Below, in pieces: positions 58,638 to 64,000 of a stretch of 64,000 bases of DNA. The notes beneath the pieces are model-generated. The model saw only the letters and a list, made by a program, of their open reading frames with translations, had not been told where the DNA came from and did no database searches. The stretch is from NCBI GenBank assembly GCA_963805085.1, contig CAWDTA010000002.1:544001-608000 (forward strand), written 5' to 3'. How positions within the stretch are numbered: the first letter of the stretch is position 1; every line of letters begins with the position of its first letter. A program made the translations under genes and the position numbers. Source of the DNA: an uncultured Veillonellaceae bacterium (lineage in GTDB: Bacteria > Bacillota > Negativicutes > JARBTT01).

Positions 58638-59600
58638 TCATATAAATTCAATTGTTTTTTCCTCACTTGGGGAAATTAAAGAAAAATAGTCCTTCAATCC
58701 TTTTGTCGCAATTACACGTTGCTCCTTTGTAACAATAACCGCCTCAATCGCAGGAAAGTTTTGCAAGACCTCCATACTTTTTTGCAACCCAAGTACCATA
58801 AGCCCAGAACCATTTACAGAAATCCTTGCTCCATCTCTACGATATATTAATGAGACACTGATAAGTTCAGAGGTTGGATATCCATTGTAAGGGCTTAAAA
58901 TATGTGTATAAGGAGATCCATCCATCATAATATAACGTCGATAATCGCCTGATGTCTCCACCGTATCCCATTCATGCAAAGCTATTTTTCCTAAAAGCGT
59001 ATGAAAAAGTCGAGGATGTTGTATGCCAATGCACCACACCGACGCATCGGTTTTCTTGCCAATTGTACAGATATCTCCGCCTGCACTGATCCATCCACTA
59101 TTTAATCCACATTTCCATGCTGCCTCTGCTGCTAAGTGCAATGCATATTCTTTTGCTATTCCGCCTAAATCAATCTGCATATGAAGCAATGGCAAAAAAA
59201 CACGCTGCTGCTCTAATTCGATTATCTTATAATTAACCAATGGCAAAACACGATCTATTTCTTCCTGACTCGGTCGAAAAACACCTTTGTTTCCTATCCC
59301 CCACAAATCTGTAATAGCACCGATCGTAACATCAAAAGCACCCAATAAATTTTCCGATAAAGTTTTTGCTATATGAAGAATATCAAATACCGCTGGTGCT
59401 ACGCGGATAGTTTTTTTCCCAGCCATTTGATTAATCTTTGAAATTTCACTGTTTGGATCAAAACGATTGCAAAGAGACTCTATTTTTTTAAATACTGCAA
59501 AAGCTTCTTCAAATGCTTGCTTTTTTTCCCCTTCATAACTCTGGATCTCAACAACTGTATTCATAAAACATTGCTGCTCAGCATATTTCCTAATTTCCAA
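58638..59600 (-). CDS. apbE: ApbE-like FAD:protein FMN transferase (atypical)
   Basis: AFDVTIG, DLGGIAKEY, GGD, GIQHPR, TSGDY and HI motifs; TTG start after GGGAGG; no signal peptide and no ADAxxT motif. Confidence 0.85.
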   Translation of the reverse strand: MEIRKYAEQQCFMNTVVEIQSYEGEKKQAFEEAFAVFKKIESLCNRFDPNSEISKINQMAGKKTIRVAPAVFDILHIAKTLSENLLGAFDVTIGAITDLWGIGNKGVFRPSQEEIDRVLPLVNYKIIELEQQRVFLPLLHMQIDLGGIAKEYALHLAAEAAWKCGLNSGWISAGGDICTIGKKTDASVWCIGIQHPRLFHTLLGKIALHEWDTVETSGDYRRYIMMDGSPYTHILSPYNGYPTSELISVSLIYRRDGARISVNGSGLMVLGLQKSMEVLQNFPAIEAVIVTKEQRVIATKGLKDYFSLISPSEEKTIEFI

Positions 59601-59618
59601 GAAAAACCTCCCTTTATT

Positions 59619-59671
59619 GCAACTGATTATCAATATCATTATTAATATACCATCTTTTCACAAAATGTCAA
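59619..59671 (-). promoter_or_regulatory. Promoter with Fur-box-like site upstream of apbE-exbBD-tonB
   Basis: TTGACA at 59666-59671; AATGATATTGATAATCAGTTGC. Confidence 0.65.
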
Positions 59672-59960
59672 TAAAAAATCCATCTTATACAATACCTCAA
59701 AATCTTTATATAAGATTCTTTATCCCCCAAAAAAACTATCCCTATTTTTTAATTTTAGTACCACTATTCATCCATGATTAAACAAAATAGGCTGAAACCC
59801 AACCTATTTTGTTTAAAATTAGTCCCATTGCACATCGTTCAGCAAGCTTGCTTTTTTCATTTTATAATAAAAAATCTCCAATATTAGTTTAAATTTTCTA
59901 ATGTCGGAGGTTTAAGCAATATTTTCTAACTTCTAAAAATCATTGATCATTTCGAAGTAT

Positions 59961-60063
59961 TGTGGATAACTCAGCATTTTTTCAGACAATCTACCGCTCT
60001 TTTGAGCAATTTTTGCCTATATATCCACAACTTCTTATATACTGTGGATTTCCCTGGGGATAA
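59961..60063. promoter_or_regulatory. DnaA-box cluster
   Basis: TGTGGATAA (59961, perfect), ATATCCACA (60021), TGTGGATTT (60043), TGGGGATAA (60055). Confidence 0.55.
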
Positions 60064-60293
60064 GTTTGAATACGATGTTTATTGATAACGGTTACTACTA
60101 AGAGCTCCATAAATCATAAAAGTTGCTCATTGCTTCTGTTATATTATTAGTATAATATAAGAAATAACAATGATTAGCATACATGTTCCGTATTTTTGTC
60201 AAATTTATCAGTATTTTTATTTTCAAATTACTAAATTTTGTTTATACTTAGATTAAATAACAAAAGGTTATCTACACGTAATTGGAGGTTATT

Positions 60294-60659
60294 ATGACAA
60301 TCTTGAAATATGATGACACCTGTGATGAATATATTACACACAATGATAAAATCAGTGCAGCCAAGTGGCATCTTTTACCGAACGATACTGCACAAAAGCT
60401 CTCTGAAACTTTTAAAATACTCGGTGATCAAACACGCATCAAAATCTTAAGTTTACTTACTGAAAATGAAATGTGCGTTTGTGACATTGCCGATACACTA
60501 CAAATGGGGCAATCTGCTATTTCACACCAACTGCGTGTACTACGCGGGGCCCGGTTAGTTAAATTTCGTAAAGAAGGCAAAGAAGCTTGGTATTCACTCG
60601 ACGATGAACACGTCGTTAGCTTAATGAATCAAGGCTTAGAACACATTAATCATGGCTAA
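60294..60659 (+). CDS. ArsR/SmtB metalloregulator
   Basis: FKILGDQTR, EMCVCDIA, SAISHQLR and DDEHV..EH motifs. Confidence 0.93.
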   Translation: MTILKYDDTCDEYITHNDKISAAKWHLLPNDTAQKLSETFKILGDQTRIKILSLLTENEMCVCDIADTLQMGQSAISHQLRVLRGARLVKFRKEGKEAWYSLDDEHVVSLMNQGLEHINHG

Positions 60660-60662
60660 AGG

Positions 60663-61403
60663 ATGATGATGATGAAATCGACACTGCGCAAAACAATGTA
60701 TTTGTTACTGTTAACTACTTTTATTCTCTTTGTTACCCCAATAACAACTACCTACGCAGCTGTACTCCTTAAACTAAATTCCAGCGGTAGCACTGTTGTT
60801 ATCCTGCAACAACGTTTGGCGGCCTTAAACTATATCATTACCAACGTTGATGGTATCTTTGGGCAAGAGACACGTCGCGCTGTAATTGCTTTTCAACGCG
60901 AGAATCAACTGAATCAAACAGGTGTTGTCGATACTACGACCTGGAATACGATCAAAAATAATCAAATGCCCCAAAAAAAGCCATCTCCAACCCAATCCCC
61001 AGCACTACAAATAGGCGGTAACAAAAACGCGAATCCAACAACAGCAGCTATCATTACTACTTCAAGGAGATACCTCGGTGTTCCTTATAAGTTTGGTGGC
61101 ACTACCCCTAAAGGTTTTGATTGCTCAGGCTATCTCCAATACATATTTGCTGAAAATGGCATGCAAATCCCTCGCACCGCCGATGAACAATATAAAATTG
61201 GGACAAGCATTACGCAGCGCCAGCTGCAATCCGGTGATCTTGTCTTCTTTACAACCTACGAGAAAGGTGCCTCTCATTGTGGACTGTATATAGGCGACGG
61301 AAAATTCATTCATGCGTCTTCAAGCAAGGGCATACATATCGATGAACTGAGCAATGCTTATTGGAAAACACGGTACATAGGCGCAAAAAGAATTATAAAA
61401 TAA
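60663..61403 (+). CDS. NlpC/P60 (C40) peptidase with PG-binding domain
   Basis: Signal peptide, DGIFG..T..AV..FQ, GFDCSG and HCGLY..FIHASS motifs. Confidence 0.93.
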   Translation: MMMMKSTLRKTMYLLLLTTFILFVTPITTTYAAVLLKLNSSGSTVVILQQRLAALNYIITNVDGIFGQETRRAVIAFQRENQLNQTGVVDTTTWNTIKNNQMPQKKPSPTQSPALQIGGNKNANPTTAAIITTSRRYLGVPYKFGGTTPKGFDCSGYLQYIFAENGMQIPRTADEQYKIGTSITQRQLQSGDLVFFTTYEKGASHCGLYIGDGKFIHASSSKGIHIDELSNAYWKTRYIGAKRIIK

Positions 61404-61497
61404 AAAAAGTAGTTAGATCACTACAAGCTAAGACTATTCTCAGCTTGCCGTGTTCTAGCTACTTTTTCTAGGATGAATATCTCGCAATCGCTCCTCA

Positions 61498-62739
61498 TTA
61501 TTTTTTTAAAATTAATTCATCCAACATTTCTACGTAAGCCAATTGACTTGCATACGCTGTTGCCTCTGGCAAAACTTTAGTAATTTCTTCGATTGAATTT
61601 TTGACAATTCGAACAAAGTTATTTAAATCAACTTCTGTGATAAAAGGAATCACGTAATTATCTTGATATTTTTTTTCCACAATATAGCTAAGCACCGCAC
61701 TTGTCCCCGGCGTCATCCCTATCGGTCCGATGATTTCATGAAGCTTATTACTCATAAAACTAACTCCACCGCCATCTTGGCTTACTAGGATCGCTAGGTC
61801 GGCTAAAATATTTACTTTTTCTTGTGCATATTCGGCATTCTGCAAATTATAGCCTAAATCTGCGATTCTTTGTCCTAATATTTGCGTACTTTTTTTCATT
61901 GCTCCAGCAACTCTCGGTAATGCTTCTGTATTAATTTGAACTGGATACCCTAAACTTTTAGCGGTATTGTACATACTATGCGCCACAAATAAATTATCAG
62001 CAATACTATCGGCCCTTATCAAGAAGGTGGGTTGATCAAGCTTATTTGATAATTCTGGCCAATAGACTTTCCCTTCGACAACAATTGTAGGTATGTCTAA
62101 CATACCTAATCTAGACATAATTTCATGTTTGATCCCTACGGCATTGTTTCCTTCCAAGTCCTCGTTGGGACCAATTCCGCCTTTTGATGCATTTACAGTA
62201 CCAACAACAGCCACGGCGATCTCATTAAAGTCTAGAACAGCTCCTACAATCATCCCACAAGAACCGGTTACATCCTCATAACCTGCAATAAATTTCCCAG
62301 GAAAATTTTTCGCAAAACTATCTAATGCTGCATTTGCAATGGCTGTTTGTAACGCTACCGGTACCTCATGAACACCCTGCCCATAAAAGCGACCAAAAAC
62401 CTCCATTACCAAGGTATGTGTGCGGATTGCTTGGCGCCCGACAATCGACTTTGCCAGCTTTGCTTCGTGAATCGTAATGCCACGTCGTGCACTAGCACGC
62501 CCTACACCCCCTGACTCTGTTTCTACCTCGATATAACCCGCAATACCAGAAACAACACGCACCTCTTTAATGGTTAATGAAATACCAGTTGCCTCTTGAA
62601 ATAACGATAACACCGTTGCCAATCCACCTGAATCATCTTGCACAAATTTTTTATTACTATGACAATGCCCACACCCCACATGACCTACGACCGCGATAAC
62701 CGCCTCTTTTTCACTTATATGTAGTTTCATTATATCCAC
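61498..62739 (-). CDS. Conserved-looking hypothetical protein with His-rich metal motif
   Basis: GHVGCGHCHS, QDDSGG, GQGVHE and GPNEDLEGN motifs. Confidence 0.75.
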   Translation of the reverse strand: MDIMKLHISEKEAVIAVVGHVGCGHCHSNKKFVQDDSGGLATVLSLFQEATGISLTIKEVRVVSGIAGYIEVETESGGVGRASARRGITIHEAKLAKSIVGRQAIRTHTLVMEVFGRFYGQGVHEVPVALQTAIANAALDSFAKNFPGKFIAGYEDVTGSCGMIVGAVLDFNEIAVAVVGTVNASKGGIGPNEDLEGNNAVGIKHEIMSRLGMLDIPTIVVEGKVYWPELSNKLDQPTFLIRADSIADNLFVAHSMYNTAKSLGYPVQINTEALPRVAGAMKKSTQILGQRIADLGYNLQNAEYAQEKVNILADLAILVSQDGGGVSFMSNKLHEIIGPIGMTPGTSAVLSYIVEKKYQDNYVIPFITEVDLNNFVRIVKNSIEEITKVLPEATAYASQLAYVEMLDELILKK

Positions 62740-63183
62740 CTTCTTATATTCGTTAACTTTCTGATCAAAATTTATTTAGCTACTTTTGTATTAAACAACT
62801 GCTAATCCCCGTTGTTTTTTTGATTATGTAAGAAAAAATTTTTCGCCTAATCACTTAGATATTATGTACACAAAAAATAAATGTCACTATAAATAATCAT
62901 AACTAGCAATTATTTATTAGACTATATCAACATTGATACAACTAATAAACACAACCACTAACATGATGATCATTTACAGTGACATTTCAAAATAATCTGC
63001 TCTATTTTATTATCTTACCCAGATACTATATTTCTAAACAAAATATTTCTTGATTACTACACTATATTTACACAAAAAACTCTAGAATCCTGCTAATAAA
63101 AAAATAATAATCGTCCCCGCTAAGAATAGATAAAAACCGACGAAAAGGGCTATCCCTATCGCCGGTTTTACTATTATTCAACC

Positions 63184-63675
63184 TTAGTTACGATTATTTC
63201 TATAATAATCATCTTTATCTTTATTCCGATTTTTAAATTTATTCCACAGAATCTTACCTACCATGAAAATTGCGCCAAAGATAAGCACATTCGTTAATAG
63301 CCCTAAAATATCGGAGAACATTCCTGCTCCCATACCAAACATGTTTCCAAGTAAACTACCTAACATCATACCACCAGCAAGTAGTCCAATATTACGCAAC
63401 ATACCACCCATTGCAGACCCACTTTGTGTTTTCGCTGCAGTTGCACTTGTTTTGCTATTTGCTGCTGGTGCTTTGTCGCTATAACTGTTTGCCGGAGCAG
63501 ATGCTTTATATCCGTCTTTACTTGTATCAGCTTTTGGCGTAGTTGCAGATTGTGAAGTTGAAGCTTTCGGTGCTGGGGAAGATTTTATTTTTCCCCCACC
63601 AATCGCTGCAAAGCTAACTGAATACATTGCGAAGAAACAAACCAATGCTATAGCAAATATTTTTTTAATTTTCAT
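63184..63675 (-). CDS. Hypothetical exported/membrane protein (Tim44-like N-terminal region)
   Basis: Signal peptide, A/S/T/K linker, Gly/Met-rich GLLAGGMMLG segment and TM helix. Confidence 0.7.
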   Translation of the reverse strand: MKIKKIFAIALVCFFAMYSVSFAAIGGGKIKSSPAPKASTSQSATTPKADTSKDGYKASAPANSYSDKAPAANSKTSATAAKTQSGSAMGGMLRNIGLLAGGMMLGSLLGNMFGMGAGMFSDILGLLTNVLIFGAIFMVGKILWNKFKNRNKDKDDYYRNNRN

Positions 63676-63679
63676 CTAA

Positions 63680-63961
63680 CTATTCTTCCTCCTGCGCTGC
63701 TTTTACATCCTCTGGAAAAGCATAAATTTCCGATAAAGTATCTAATTCACCCGATAAATAACGATCAATATCATGTACATCTACATAAAAAGTACAATCA
63801 ACTTCTAAATAACCTTGTTCTTTCCCTTGACTAACATTACGAATCGCCATTAAGCGTTCCCGTAATTCTAAACATTCTTCACGGGTTGCATGTACATTTA
63901 ACTTGATTAATGGAACACCATAATCTCTAAGAACATCCTGCAAATTCAATCTTTCTGACAT
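63680..63961 (-). CDS. Hypothetical protein
   Basis: GGAGG RBS; abuts the next gene in the same orientation. Confidence 0.65.
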   Translation of the reverse strand: MSERLNLQDVLRDYGVPLIKLNVHATREECLELRERLMAIRNVSQGKEQGYLEVDCTFYVDVHDIDRYLSGELDTLSEIYAFPEDVKAAQEEE

Positions 63962-64000
63962 TTCATCCTCCAAAATTTTTAAATTACCCTACGATGAAAC

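Noticed and set aside
59700-60290. oriC
   Set aside because: No dnaA, dnaN, rpmH or gyr genes nearby, few boxes, and gene orientation stays mainly minus on both sides.
11654-63484. Many short antisense or overlapping ORFs in the track (e.g. 16335-16967, 49242-49826, 51174-51704)
   Set aside because: They are shadows of well-supported genes on the opposite strand, with no RBS or motifs.

Overview
Low-GC Firmicute chromosome segment, most likely a diderm Negativicute (Sporomusaceae/Selenomonadales-like). This is inferred from TonB-ExbBD occurring with Firmicute-type glgC/glgD and a Na+-translocating methylmalonyl-CoA decarboxylase operon. Bases 1-11,200 are an accessory region with four parts. 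(i) A very AT-rich minus-strand unit: sigma-A promoter, an 88-nt tRNA-Ser-like RNA with intact acceptor, D, variable and T arms but a broken anticodon arm, a terminator, a 296-aa unknown protein with a HUP/class-I-aaRS-like motif pattern, and an EamA exporter. This is my best candidate for an undescribed system. (ii) An array of REP-associated tyrosine transposase (RAYT) copies and REP palindromes interleaved with cargo: two PixA/AidA inclusion proteins, a DUF4879 protein, an orphan immunity-like gene and gene fragments cut at REP edges. (iii) An IS1182-family element inserted into a REP, plus a collapsed IS3-like end pair. (iv) Two divergent candidate small RNAs. The rest is mostly housekeeping: GntR-TrkA_C regulator with a ClC transporter, the mmd operon with a dicarboxylate transporter and DcuS/R-type two-component system, the glycogen operon with a GH13-GH77 fusion, an M20 amidohydrolase, MscS, nrdDG, two Usp proteins, threonine dehydratase, a Fur-boxed FTR1/P19 iron-uptake cluster with TonB-ExbBD and an atypical ApbE, ArsR and NlpC/P60. 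All family calls come from motif recognition by eye; no searches were run.
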